From the NCBI RefSeq assembly GCF_009914755.1, contig NC_060942.1: 64,000 nt of DNA, one strand, 5' to 3'. The notes beneath the pieces were generated by a model. It did not search any database. It saw only the letters and a program-made list of their open reading frames with translations, and was not told where the DNA came from. The DNA is from the human T2T-CHM13v2.0 reference genome, Homo sapiens. Below, in pieces: positions 25,801 through 40,300 of the stretch; the first letter of the stretch is position 1, and every line of letters starts with the position of its first letter. The translations under genes were made by a program, and so were the position numbers.

Positions 25801-26455
25801 GAGTTGAACCTTTCTTTTCATAGAGCAGTTTTGAAACACTCTTTTTGTAGAATCTGCAAGAGGATATTTGCATAGCTTTGAGGATTTCGTGGGAAACGGG
25901 ATTGTCTTCAGGTAAAATCTAGACAGAAGCATTCTCAGAAACTTCTTTGGGATGTTTGCATTCAAGTCACAGAGTAGAACATTCCCTTTGGTAGAGCAGG
26001 TTTGAAACACTCTTTTTGTAGTATCTGGAAGTGGACATTTGGAGCGCTTTCAGGCCCATGTTGGAAAGGGAAATATCTTCCCGTAACAACTAGGCAGAAG
26101 CATTCTCAGAAACTTATTTGAGATGTGTGTACTCAACTAAGAGAATTGAACCACCGTTTTGAAGGAGCAGTTTTGAAACACTCTTTTTCTGGAATCTGCA
26201 AGAGTATATTTGCCTAGCCTTGAGGATTTCGTTGGAAACGGGATTGTCTTCAGAGAAAATCTAGACAGAAGCATTCTCAGAAACTTCTTTGGGATGTTTG
26301 CATTCAAGTCACAGAGTAGAACATTCCCTTTGGTAGAGCAGGTTTGAAACACTCTTTTTGTAGTATCTGGAAGTGGACATTTGGAGCGCTTTCAGGCCTA
26401 CGTTGGAAAAGGAAATATCTTCCCATAACAACTAGACAGAAGCATTCTCAGAAAC

Positions 26456-29400
26456 TAGTTTCTGATGTGTGTCCTCAACTAACACAGTTGAACATTTCTT
26501 TAGACAGAACAGTTTTGAAACACTCTTTTTGTGGAATCTGCAAGTGGCTATTTGGCTAGATTTGAGGATTTCGTTGGAAACGGGATTACATATAAAAAGC
26601 AGTCAGCAGCATTCTCAGAAAGTTCTTTGTGATGATTGCATTCAAGTCACAGAATTGAACATTCCCTTTCACAGAGCAGGTTTGAAACACTCTTTTTGTA
26701 GTGTGTGTAAGTGGACATTTGGAGCACTTACCGGCCTAAGGTGAAAAAGGAAATATCTTCCCATAAAAACTAGACAGAAGCATTCTCAGAAACTTACTCG
26801 TGATGTGTGTCCTCAACTAAAGGAGTAGAACCTTTCTTTTCATAGAGAAGTTTTGAAACGCTCTTTTTGTGGAATCTGCAAGTGGATATTTGGCTAGTTT
26901 TGAGGATTTCGTTGGAAGCGGGAATTCATACAAATTGCAGACTGCAGCGTTCTGAGAAACATCTTTGTGATGTTTGTATTCAGGACACAGAGTTGAACAT
27001 TCCCTATCATAGAGCAGGTTGGAATCACTCCTTTTGTAGTATCTGGAAGTGGACATTTGGAGCGCTTTCAGGCCTATTTTGGAAAGGGAAATATCTTCCC
27101 GTAACAACTATGCAGAAGCATTCTCAGAAACTTGTTTGTGATGTGTGCCCTCTACTGACAGAGTTGAACCTTTCTTTTCATAGAGCAGTTTTGAAACACT
27201 CTTTTTGTAGAATCTGCAAGAGGATATTTGCATAGCTTTGAGGATTTCGTGGGAAACGGGATTGTCTTCAGGTAAAATCTAGACAGAAGCATTCTCAGAA
27301 ACTTCTTTGGGATGTTTGCATTCAAGTCACAGAGTAGAACATTCCCTTTGGTAGAGCAGGTTTGAAACACTCTTTTTGTAGTATCTGGAAGTGGACATTT
27401 GGAGCGCTTTCAGGCCCATGTTGGAAAGGGAAATATCTTCCCGTAACAACTAGGCAGAAGCATTCTCAGAAACTTATTTGAGATGTGTGTACTCAACTAA
27501 GAGAATTGAACCACCGTTTTGAAGGAGCAGTTTTGAAACACTCTTTTTCTGGAATCTGCAAGAGTATATTTGCCTAGCCTTGAGGATTTCGTTGGAAACG
27601 GGATTGTCTTCAGAGAAAATCTAGACAGAAGCATTCTCAGAAACTTCTTTGGGATGTTTGCATTCAAGTCACAGAGTAGAACATTCCCTTTGGTAGAGCA
27701 GGTTTGAAACACTCTTTTTGTAGTATCTGGAAGTGGACATTTGGAGCGCTTTCAGGCCTACGTTGGAAAAGGAAATATCTTCCCATAACAACTAGACAGA
27801 AGCATTCTCAGAAACTAGTTTCTGATGTGTGTCCTCAACTAACACAGTTGAACATTTCTTTAGACAGAACAGTTTTGAAACACTCTTTTTGTGGAATCTG
27901 CAAGTGGCTATTTGGCTAGATTTGAGGATTTCGTTGGAAACGGGATTACATATAAAAAGCAGTCAGCAGCATTCTCAGAAAGTTCTTTGTGATGATTGCA
28001 TTCAAGTCACAGAATTGAACATTCCCTTTCACAGAGCAGGTTTGAAACACTCTTTTTGTAGTGTGTGTAAGTGGACATTTGGAGCACTTACCGGCCTAAG
28101 GTGAAAAAGGAAATATCTTCCCATAAAAACTAGACAGAAGCATTCTCAGAAACTTACTCGTGATGTGTGTCCTCAACTAAAGGAGTAGAACCTTTCTTTT
28201 CATAGAGAAGTTTTGAAACGCTCTTTTTGTGGAATCTGCAAGTGGATATTTGGCTAGTTTTGAGGATTTCGTTGGAAGCGGGAATTCATACAAATTGCAG
28301 ACTGCAGCGTTCTGAGAAACATCTTTGTGATGTTTGTATTCAGGACACAGAGTTGAACATTCCCTATCATAGAGCAGGTTGGAATCACTCCTTTTGTAGT
28401 ATCTGGAAGTGGACATTTGGAGCGCTTTCAGGCCTATTTTGGAAAGGGAAATATCTTCCCGTAACAACTATGCAGAAGCATTCTCAGAAACTTGTTTGTG
28501 ATGTGTGCCCTCTACTGACAGAGTTGAACCTTTCTTTTCATAGAGCAGTTTTGAAACACTCTTTTTGTAGAATCTGCAAGAGGATATTTGCATAGCTTTG
28601 AGGATTTCGTGGGAAACGGGATTGTCTTCAGGTAAAATCTAGACAGAAGCATTCTCAGAAACTTCTTTGGGATGTTTGCATTCAAGTCACAGAGTAGAAC
28701 ATTCCCTTTGGTAGAGCAGGTTTGAAACACTCTTTTTGTAGTATCTGGAAGTGGACATTTGGAGCGCTTTCAGGCCCATGTTGGAAAGGGAAATATCTTC
28801 CCGTAACAACTAGGCAGAAGCATTCTCAGAAACTTATTTGAGATGTGTGTACTCAACTAAGAGAATTGAACCACCGTTTTGAAGGAGCAGTTTTGAAACA
28901 CTCTTTTTCTGGAATCTGCAAGAGTATATTTGCCTAGCCTTGAGGATTTCGTTGGAAACGGGATTGTCTTCAGAGAAAATCTAGACAGAAGCATTCTCAG
29001 AAACTTCTTTGGGATGTTTGCATTCAAGTCACAGAGTAGAACATTCCCTTTGGTAGAGCAGGTTTGAAACACTCTTTTTGTAGTATCTGGAAGTGGACAT
29101 TTGGAGCGCTTTCAGGCCTACGTTGGAAAAGGAAATATCTTCCCATAACAACTAGACAGAAGCATTCTCAGAAACTAGTTTCTGATGTGTGTCCTCAACT
29201 AACACAGTTGAACATTTCTTTAGACAGAACAGTTTTGAAACACTCTTTTTGTGGAATCTGCAAGTGGCTATTTGGCTAGATTTGAGGATTTCGTTGGAAA
29301 CGGGATTACATATAAAAAGCAGTCAGCAGCATTCTCAGAAAGTTCTTTGTGATGATTGCATTCAAGTCACAGAATTGAACATTCCCTTTCACAGAGCAGG

Positions 29401-30535
29401 TTTGAAACACTCTTTTTGTAGTGTGTGTAAGTGGACATTTGGAGCACTTACCGGCCTAAGGTGAAAAAGGAAATATCTTCCCATAAAAACTAGACAGAAG
29501 CATTCTCAGAAACTTACTCGTGATGTGTGTCCTCAACTAAAGGAGTAGAACCTTTCTTTTCATAGAGAAGTTTTGAAACGCTCTTTTTGTGGAATCTGCA
29601 AGTGGATATTTGGCTAGTTTTGAGGATTTCGTTGGAAGCGGGAATTCATACAAATTGCAGACTGCAGCGTTCTGAGAAACATCTTTGTGATGTTTGTATT
29701 CAGGACACAGAGTTGAACATTCCCTATCATAGAGCAGGTTGGAATCACTCCTTTTGTAGTATCTGGAAGTGGACATTTGGAGCGCTTTCAGGCCTATTTT
29801 GGAAAGGGAAATATCTTCCCGTAACAACTATGCAGAAGCATTCTCAGAAACTTGTTTGTGATGTGTGCCCTCTACTGACAGAGTTGAACCTTTCTTTTCA
29901 TAGAGCAGTTTTGAAACACTCTTTTTGTAGAATCTGCAAGAGGATATTTGCATAGCTTTGAGGATTTCGTGGGAAACGGGATTGTCTTCAGGTAAAATCT
30001 AGACAGAAGCATTCTCAGAAACTTCTTTGGGATGTTTGCATTCAAGTCACAGAGTAGAACATTCCCTTTGGTAGAGCAGGTTTGAAACACTCTTTTTGTA
30101 GTATCTGGAAGTGGACATTTGGAGCGCTTTCAGGCCCATGTTGGAAAGGGAAATATCTTCCCGTAACAACTAGGCAGAAGCATTCTCAGAAACTTATTTG
30201 AGATGTGTGTACTCAACTAAGAGAATTGAACCACCGTTTTGAAGGAGCAGTTTTGAAACACTCTTTTTCTGGAATCTGCAAGAGTATATTTGCCTAGCCT
30301 TGAGGATTTCGTTGGAAACGGGATTGTCTTCAGAGAAAATCTAGACAGAAGCATTCTCAGAAACTTCTTTGGGATGTTTGCATTCAAGTCACAGAGTAGA
30401 ACATTCCCTTTGGTAGAGCAGGTTTGAAACACTCTTTTTGTAGTATCTGGAAGTGGACATTTGGAGCGCTTTCAGGCCTACGTTGGAAAAGGAAATATCT
30501 TCCCATAACAACTAGACAGAAGCATTCTCAGAAAC
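26456..30535 (+). repeat. Three tandem 8-mer HOR variants (1360 bp each, 675-bp deletion)
   Basis: Unit starts 26456, 27816, 29176. Monomer-3-type gaaacgctc runs directly into monomer-8-type ggcctattttggaaaggg; the cacacagcag/gtcaaaagt monomers are missing. Confidence 0.97.
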
Positions 30536-33500
30536 TAGTTTCTGATGTGTGTCCTCAACTAACACAGTTGAACATTTCTTTAGACAGAACAGTTTTGAAA
30601 CACTCTTTTTGTGGAATCTGCAAGTGGCTATTTGGCTAGATTTGAGGATTTCGTTGGAAACGGGATTACATATAAAAAGCAGTCAGCAGCATTCTCAGAA
30701 AGTTCTTTGTGATGATTGCATTCAAGTCACAGAATTGAACATTCCCTTTCACAGAGCAGGTTTGAAACACTCTTTTTGTAGTGTGTGTAAGTGGACATTT
30801 GGAGCACTTACCGGCCTAAGGTGAAAAAGGAAATATCTTCCCATAAAAACTAGACAGAAGCATTCTCAGAAACTTACTCGTGATGTGTGTCCTCAACTAA
30901 AGGAGTAGAACCTTTCTTTTCATAGAGAAGTTTTGAAACGCTCTTTTTGTGGAATCTGCAAGTGGATATTTGGCTAGTTTTGAGGATTTCGTTGGAAGCG
31001 GGAATTCATACAAATTGCAGACTGCAGCGTTCTGAGAAACATCTTTGTGATGTTTGTATTCAGGACACAGAGTTGAACATTCCCTATCATAGAGCAGGTT
31101 GGAATCACTCCTTTTGTAGTATCTGGAAGTGGACATTTGGAGCGCTTTCAGGCCTATGTTGGAAAAGGAAATATCTTCCCATAACAACTAGACAGAAGCA
31201 TTCTCAGAAACTTATTTGAGATGTGTGTACTCAACTAAGAGAATTGAACCACCGTTTTGAAGGAGCAGTTTTGAAACTCTCTTTTTCTGGAATCTGCAAG
31301 TGGATATTTGGCTAGCTTTGGGGATTTCGCTGGAAGCGGGAATACATATAAAAAGCACACAGCAGCGTTCTGAGAAACTGCTTTCTGATGTTTGCATTCA
31401 AGTCAAAAGTTGAACACTCCCTTTCATAGAGCAGTCTTGAAACACCCCTTTTGTAGTATCTGGACCTGGACTTTTGGAGCGATTTCAGGGCTAAGGTGAA
31501 AAAGGAAATATCTTCCCATAAAAACTGGACAGAAGCATTCTCAGAAACTTGGTTATGCTGTATCTACTCAACTAACAAAGTTGAACCTTTCTTTTGATAG
31601 AGCAGTTTTGAAATGGTCTTTTTGTGGAATCTGCAAGTGGATATTTGGCTAGTTTTGAGGATTTCGTTGGAAGCGGGAATTCATACAAATTGCAGACTGC
31701 AGCGTTCTGAGAAACATCTTTGTGATGTTTGTATTCAGGACACAGAGTTGAACATTCCCTATCATAGAGCAGGTTGGAATCACTCCTTTTGTAGTATCTG
31801 GAAGTGGACATTTGGAGCGCTTTCAGGCCTATTTTGGAAAGGGAAATATCTTCCCGTAACAACTATGCAGAAGCATTCTCAGAAACTTGTTTGTGATGTG
31901 TGCCCTCTACTGACAGAGTTGAACCTTTCTTTTCATAGAGCAGTTTTGAAACACTCTTTTTGTAGAATCTGCAAGAGGATATTTGCATAGCTTTGAGGAT
32001 TTCGTGGGAAACGGGATTGTCTTCAGGTAAAATCTAGACAGAAGCATTCTCAGAAACTTCTTTGGGATGTTTGCATTCAAGTCACAGAGTAGAACATTCC
32101 CTTTGGTAGAGCAGGTTTGAAACACTCTTTTTGTAGTATCTGGAAGTGGACATTTGGAGCGCTTTCAGGCCCATGTTGGAAAGGGAAATATCTTCCCGTA
32201 ACAACTAGGCAGAAGCATTCTCAGAAACTTATTTGAGATGTGTGTACTCAACTAAGAGAATTGAACCACCGTTTTGAAGGAGCAGTTTTGAAACACTCTT
32301 TTTCTGGAATCTGCAAGAGTATATTTGCCTAGCCTTGAGGATTTCGTTGGAAACGGGATTGTCTTCAGAGAAAATCTAGACAGAAGTATTCTCAGAAACT
32401 TCTTTGGGATGTTTGCATTCAAGTCACAGAGTAGAACATTCCCTTTGGTAGAGCAGGTTTGAAACACTCTTTTTGTAGTATCTGGAAGTGGACATTTGGA
32501 GCGCTTTCAGGCCTACGTTGGAAAAGGAAATATCTTCCCATAACAACTAGACAGAAGCATTCTCAGAAACTAGTTTCTGATGTGTGTCCTCAACTAACAC
32601 AGTTGAACATTTCTTTAGACAGAACAGTTTTGAAACACTCTTTTTGTGGAATCTGCAAGTGGCTATTTGGCTAGATTTGAGGATTTCGTTGGAAACGGGA
32701 TTACATATAAAAAGCAGTCAGCAGCATTCTCAGAAAGTTCTTTGTGATGATTGCATTCAAGTCACAGAATTGAACATTCCCTTTCACAGAGCAGGTTTGA
32801 AACACTCTTTTTGTAGTGTGTGTAAGTGGACATTTGGAGCACTTACCGGCCTAAGGTGAAAAAGGAAATATCTTCCCATAAAAACTAGACAGAAGCATTC
32901 TCAGAAACTTACTCGTGATGTGTGTCCTCAACTAAAGGAGTAGAACCTTTCTTTTCATAGAGAAGTTTTGAAACGCTCTTTTTGTGGAATCTGCAAGTGG
33001 ATATTTGGCTAGTTTTGAGGATTTCGTTGGAAGCGGGAATTCATACAAATTGCAGACTGCAGCGTTCTGAGAAACATCTTTGTGATGTTTGTATTCAGGA
33101 CACAGAGTTGAACATTCCCTATCATAGAGCAGGTTTGAATCACTCCTTTTGTAGTATCTGGAAGTGGACATTTGGAGCGCTTTCAGGCCTATGTTGGAAA
33201 AGGAAATATCTTCCCATAACAACTAGACAGAAGCATTCTCAGAAACTTATTTGAGATGTGTGTACTCAACTAAGAGAATTGAACCACCGTTTTGAAGGAG
33301 CAGTTTTGAAACTCTCTTTTTCTGGAATCTGCAAGTGGATATTTGGCTAGCTTTGGGGATTTCGCTGGAAGCGGGAATACATATAAAAAGCACACAGCAG
33401 CGTTCTGAGAAACTGCTTTCTGATGTTTGCATTCAAGTCAAAAGTTGAACACTCCCTTTCATAGAGCAGTCTTGAAACACCCCTTTTGTAGTATCTCGAC

Positions 33501-34605
33501 CTGGACTTTTGGAGCGATTTCAGGGCTAAGGTGAAAAAGGAAATATCTTCCCATAAAAACTGGACAGAAGCATTCTCAGAAACTTGGTTATGCTGTATCT
33601 ACTCAACTAACAAAGTTGAACCTTTCTTTTGATAGAGCAGTTTTGAAATGGTCTTTTTGTGGAATCTGCAAGTGGATATTTGGCTAGTTTTGAGGATTTC
33701 GTTGGAAGCGGGAATTCATACAAATTGCAGACTGCAGCGTTCTGAGAAACATCTTTGTGATGTTTGTATTCAGGACACAGAGTTGAACATTCCCTATCAT
33801 AGAGCAGGTTGGAATCACTCCTTTTGTAGTATCTGGAAGTGGACATTTGGAGCGCTTTCAGGCCTATTTTGGAAAGGGAAATATCTTCCCGTAACAACTA
33901 TGCAGAAGCATTCTCAGAAACTTGTTTGTGATGTGTGCCCTCTACTGACAGAGTTGAACCTTTCTTTTCATAGAGCAGTTTTGAAACACTCTTTTTGTAG
34001 AATCTGCAAGAGGATATTTGCATAGCTTTGAGGATTTCGTGGGAAACGGGATTGTCTTCAGGTAAAATCTAGACAGAAGCATTCTCAGAAACTTCTTTGG
34101 GATGTTTGCATTCAAGTCACAGAGTAGAACATTCCCTTTGGTAGAGCAGGTTTGAAACACTCTTTTTGTAGTATCTGGAAGTGGACATTTGGAGCGCTTT
34201 CAGGCCCATGTTGGAAAGGGAAATATCTTCCCGTAACAACTAGGCAGAAGCATTCTCAGAAACTTATTTGAGATGTGTGTACTCAACTAAGAGAATTGAA
34301 CCACCGTTTTGAAGGAGCAGTTTTGAAACACTCTTTTTCTGGAATCTGCAAGAGTATATTTGCCTAGCCTTGAGGATTTCGTTGGAAACGGGATTGTCTT
34401 CAGAGAAAATCTAGACAGAAGCATTCTCAGAAACTTCTTTGGGATGTTTGCATTCAAGTCACAGAGTAGAACATTCCCTTTGGTAGAGCAGGTTTGAAAC
34501 ACTCTTTTTTTAGTATATGGAAGTGGACATTTTGATCGCTTTCAGGCCTACGTTGGAAAAGGAAATATCTTCCCATAACAACTAGACAGAAGCATTCTCA
34601 GAAAC
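30536..34605 (+). repeat. Two 12-mer HORs
   Basis: Unit starts 30536 and 32571; marker SNVs 31465C, 32387T, 33497C, 33500C. Confidence 0.95.
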
Positions 34606-37315
34606 TAGTTTCTGATGTGTGTCCTCAACTAACACAGTTGAACATTTCTTTAGACAGAACAGTTTTGAAACACTCTTTTTGTGGAATCTGCAAGTGGCTA
34701 TTTGGCTGGATTTGAGGATTTCGTTGGAAACGGGATTACATATAAAAAGCAGTCAGCAGCATTCTCAGAAAGTTCTTTGTGATGATTGCATTCAAGTCAC
34801 AGAATTGAACATTCCCTTTCACAGAGCAGGTTTGAAACACTCTTTTTGTAGTGTGTGTAAGTGGACATTTGGAGCACTTACCGGCCTAAGGTGAAAAAGG
34901 AAATATCTTCCCATAAAAACTAGACAGAAGCATTCTCAGAAACTTACTCGTGATGTGTGTCCTCAACTAAAGGAGTAGAACCTTTCTTTTCATAGAGAAG
35001 TTTTGAAACGCTCTTTTTGTGGAATCTGCAAGTGGATATTTGGCTAGTTTTGAGGATTTCGTTGGAAGCGGGAATTCATACAAATTGCAGACTGCAGCGT
35101 TCTGAGAAACATCTTTGTGATGTTTGTATTCAGGACACAGAGTTGAACATTCCCTATCATAGAGCAGGTTTGAATCACTCCTTTTGTAGTATCTGGAAGT
35201 GGACATTTGGAGCGCTTTCAGGCCTATGTTGGAAAAGGAAATATCTTCCCATAACAACTAGACAGAAGCATTCTCAGAAACTTATTTGAGATGTGTGTAC
35301 TCAACTAAGAGAATTGAACCACCGTTTTGAAGGAGCAGTTTTGAAACTCTCTTTTTCTGGAATCTGCAAGTGGATATTTGGCTAGCTTTGGGGATTTCGC
35401 TGGAAGCGGGAATACATATAAAAAGCACACAGCAGCGTTCTGAGAAACTGCTTTCTGATGTTTGCATTCAAGTCAAAAGTTGAACACTCCCTTTCATAGA
35501 GCAGTCTTGAAACACCCCTTTTGTAGTATCTGGAACTGGACTTTTGGAGCGATTTCAGGGCTAAGGTGAAAAAGGAAATATCTTCCCATAAAAACTGGAC
35601 AGAAGCATTCTCAGAAACTTGTTTATGCTGTATCTACTCAACTAACAAAGTTGAACCTTTCTTTTGATAGAGCAGTTTTGAAATGGTCTTTTTGTGGAAT
35701 CTGCAAGTGGATATTTGGCTAGTTTTGAGGATTTCGTTGGAAGCGGGAATTCATACAAATTGCAGACTGCAGCGTTCTGAGAAACATCTTTGTGATGTTT
35801 GTATTCAGGACACAGAGTTGAACAATCCCTATCATAGAGCAGGTTGGAATCACTCCTTTTGTAGTATCTGGAAGTGGACATTTGGAGCGCTTTCAGGCCT
35901 ATGTTGGAAAAGGAAATATCTTCCCATAACAACTAGACAGAAGCATTCTCAGAAACTTATTTGAGATGTGTGTACTCAACTAAGAGAATTGAACCACCGT
36001 TTTGAAGGAGCAGTTTTGAAACTCTCTTTTTCTGGAATCTGCAAGTGGATATTTGGCTAGCTTTGGGGATTTCGCTGGAAGCGGGAATACATATAAAAAG
36101 CACACAGCAGCGTTCTGAGAAACTGCTTTCTGATGTTTGCATTCAAGTCAAAAGTTGAACACTCCCTTTCATAGAGCAGTCTTGTAACACCCGTTTTGTA
36201 GTATCTGGAACTGGACTTTTGGAGCGATTTCAGGGCTAAGGTGAAAAAGGAAATATCTTCCCATAAAAACTGGACAGAAGCATTCTCAGAAACTTGTTTA
36301 TGCTGTAACTACTCAACTAACAAAGTTGAACCTTTCTTTTGATAGAGCAGTTTTGAAATGGTCTTTTTGTGGAATCTGCAAGTGGATATTTGGCTAGTTT
36401 TGAGGATTTCGTTGGAAGCGGGAATTCATACAAATTGCAGACTGCAGCGTTCTGAGAAACATCTTTGTGATGTTTGTATTCAGGACACAGAGTTGAACAT
36501 TCCCTATCATAGAGCAGGTTGGAATCACTCCTTTTGTAGTATCTGGAAGTGGACATTTGGAGCGCTTTCAGGCCTATTTTGGAAAGGGAAATATCTTCCC
36601 GTAACAACTATGCAGAAGCATTCTCAGAAACTTGTTTGTGATGTGTGCCCTCTACTGACAGAGTTGAACCTTTCTTTTCATAGAGCAGTTTTGAAACACT
36701 CTTTTTGTAGAATCTGCAAGAGGATATTTGCATAGCTTTGAGGATTTCGTGGGAAACGGGATTGTCTTCAGGTAAAATCTAGACAGAAGCATTCTCAGAA
36801 ACTTCTTTGGGATGTTTGCATTCAAGTCACAGAGTAGAACATTCCCTTTGGTAGAGCAGGTTTGAAACACTCTTTTTGTAGTATCTGGAAGTGGACATTT
36901 GGAGCGCTTTCAGGCCCATGTTGGAAAGGGAAATATCTTCCCGTAACAACTAGGCAGAAGCATTCTCAGAAACTTATTTGAGATGTGTGTACTCAACTAA
37001 GAGAATTGAACCACCGTTTTGAAGGAGCAGTTTTGAAACACTCTTTTTCTGGAATCTGCAAGAGTATATTTGCCTAGCCTTGAGGATTTCGTTGGAAACG
37101 GGATTGTCTTCAGAGAAAATCTAGACAGAAGCATTCTCAGAAACTTCTTTGGGATGTTTGCATTCAAGTCACAGAGTAGAACATTCCCTTTGGTAGAGCA
37201 GGTTTGAAACACTCTTTTTTTAGTATATGGAAGTGGACATTTTGATCGTTTTCAGGCCTACGTTGGAAAAGGAAATATCTTCCCATAACAACTAGACAGA
37301 AGCATTCTCAGAAAC
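34606..37315 (+). repeat. 16-mer HOR variant (2710 bp, 675-bp internal duplication)
   Basis: The four-monomer block occurs twice (61-aa ORF at 35282 and 35957). Monomer-7-type gaaatggtc is joined to monomer-4-type ggcctatgttggaaaagg. Confidence 0.97.
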
Positions 37316-40300
37316 TAGTTTCTGATGTGTGTCCTCAACTAACACAGTTGAACATTTCTTTAGACAGAACAGTTTTGAAACACTCTTTTTGTGGAATCTG
37401 CAAGTGGCTATTTGGCTAGATTTGAGGATTTCGTTGGAAACGGGATTACATATAAAAAGCAGTCAGCAGCATTCTCAGAAAGTTCTTTGTGATGATTGCA
37501 TTCAAGTCACAGAATTGAACATTCCCTTTCACAGAGCAGGTTTGAAACACTCTTTTTGTAGTGTGTGTAAGTGGACATTTGGAGCACTTACCGGCCTAAG
37601 GTGAAAAAGGAAATATCTTCCCATAAAAACTAGACAGAAGCATTCTCAGAAACTTACTCGTGATGTGTGTCCTCAACTAAAGGAGTAGAACCTTTCTTTT
37701 CATAGAGAAGTTTTGAAACGCTCTTTTTGTGGAATCTGCAAGTGGATATTTGGCTAGTTTTGAGGATTTCGTTGGAAGCGGGAATTCATACAAATTGCAG
37801 ACTGCAGCGTTCTGAGAAACATCTTTGTGATGTTTGTATTCAGGACACAGAGTTGAACATTCCCTATCATAGAGCAGGTTTGAATCACTCCTTTTGTAGT
37901 ATCTGGAAGTGGACATTTGGAGCGTTTTCAGGCCTATGTTGGAAAAGGAAATATCTTCCCATAACAACTAGACAGAAGCATTCTCAGAAACTTATTTGAG
38001 ATGTGTGTACTCAACTAAGAGAATTGAACCACCGTTTTGAAGGAGCAGTTTTGAAACTCTCTTTTTCTGGAATCTGCAAGTGGATATTTGGCTAGCTTTG
38101 GGGATTTCGCTGGAAGCGGGAATACATATAAAAAGCACACAGCAGCGTTCTGAGAAACTGCTTTCTGATGTTTGCATTCAAGTCAAAAGTTGAACACTCC
38201 CTTTCATAGAGCAGTCTTGAAACACCCCTTTTGTAGTATCTGGAACTGGACTTTTGGAGCGATTTCAGGGCTAAGGTGAAAAAGGAAATATCTTCCCATA
38301 AAAACTGGACAGAAGCATTCTCAGAAACTTGTTTATGCTGTATCTACTCAACTAACAAAGTTGAACCTTTCTTTTGATAGAGCAGTTTTGAAATGGTCTT
38401 TTTGTGGAATCTGCAAGTGGATATTTGGCTAGTTTTGAGGATTTCGTTGGAAGCGGGAATTCATACAAATTGCAGACTGCAGCGTTCTGAGAAACATCTT
38501 TGTGATGTTTGTATTCAGGACACAGAGTTGAACATTCCCTATCATAGAGCAGGTTGGAATCACTCCTTTTGTAGTATCTGGAAGTGGACATTTGGAGCGC
38601 TTTCAGGCCTATTTTGGAAAGGGAAATATCTTCCCGTAACAACTATGCAGAAGCATTCTCAGAAACTTGTTTGTGATGTGTGCCCTCTACTGACAGAGTT
38701 GAACCTTTCTTTTCATAGAGCAGTTTTGAAACACTCTTTTTGTAGAATCTGCAAGAGGATATTTGCATAGCTTTGAGGATTTCGTGGGAAACGGGATTGT
38801 CTTCAGGTAAAATCTAGACAGAAGCATTCTCAGAAACTTCTTTGGGATGTTTGCATTCAAGTCACAGAGTAGAACATTCCCTTTGGTAGAGCAGGTTTGA
38901 AACACTCTTTTTGTAGTATCTGGAAGTGGACATTTGGAGCGCTTTCAGGCCCATGTTGGAAAGGGAAATATCTTCCCGTAACAACTAGGCAGAAGCATTC
39001 TCAGAAACTTATTTGAGATGTGTGTACTCAACTAAGAGAATTGAACCACCGTTTTGAAGGAGCAGTTTTGAAACACTCTTTTTCTGGAATCTGCAAGAGT
39101 ATATTTGCCTAGCCTTGAGGATTTCGTTGGAAACGGGATTGTCTTCAGAGAAAATCTAGACAGAAGCATTCTCAGAAACTTCTTTGGGATGTTTGCATTC
39201 AAGTCACAGAGTAGAACATTCCCTTTGGTAGAGCAGGTTTGAAACACTCTTTTTGTAGTATCTGGAAATGGACATTTGGAGCGCTTTCAGGCCTACGTTG
39301 GAAAAGGAAATATCTTCCCATAACAACTAGACAGAAGCATTCTCAGAAACTAGTTTCTGATGTGTGTCCTCAACTAACACAGTTGAACATTTCTTTAGAC
39401 AGAACAGTTTTGAAACACTCTTTTTGTGGAATCTGCAAGTGGCTATTTGGCTAGATTTGAGGATTTCGTTGGAAACGGGATTACATATAAAAAGCAGTCA
39501 GCAGCATTCTCAGAAAGTTCTTTGTGATGATTGCATTCAAGTCACAGAATTGAACATTCCCTTTCACAGAGCAGGTTTGAAACACTCTTTTTGTAGTGTG
39601 TGTAAGTGGACATTTGGAGCACTTACCGGCCTAAGGTGAAAAAGGAAATATCTTCCCATAAAAACTAGACAGAAGCATTCTCAGAAACTTACTCGTGATG
39701 TGTGTCCTCAACTAAAGGAGTAGAACCTTTCTTTTCATAGAGAAGTTTTGAAACGCTCTTTTTGTGGAATCTGCAAGTGGATATTTGGCTAGTTTTGAGG
39801 ATTTCGTTGGAAGCGGGAATTCATACAAATTGCAGACTGCAGCGTTCTGAGAAACATCTTTGTGATGTTTGTATTCAGGACACAGAGTTGAACATTCCCT
39901 ATCATAGAGCAGGTTTGAATCACTCCTTTTGTAGTATCTGGAAGTGGACATTTGGAGCGCTTTCAGGCCTATGTTGGAAAAGGAAATATCTTCCCATAAC
40001 AACTAGACAGAAGCATTCTCAGAAACTTATTTGAGATGTGTGTACTCAACTAAGAGAATTGAACCACCGTTTTGAAGGAGCAGTTTTGAAACACTCTTTT
40101 TCTGGAATCTGCAAGTGGATATTTGGCTAGCTTTGGGGATTTCGCTGGAAGCGGGAATACATATAAAAAGCACACAGCAGCGTTCTGAGAAACTGCTTTC
40201 TGATGTTTGCATTCAAGTCAAAAGTTGAACACTCCCTTTCATAGAGCAGTCTTGAAACACCCCTTTTGTAGTATCTGGAACTGGACTTTTGGAGCGATTT

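Larger units (their letters stand above)
1..26455 (+). repeat. 13 tandem 12-mer HORs
   Basis: Unit start tagtttctgatgtg at 1, 2036, 4071, 6106, 8141, 10176, 12211, 14246, 16281, 18316, 20351, 22386 and 24421; constant 2035-bp spacing and no indels. Confidence 0.97.
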
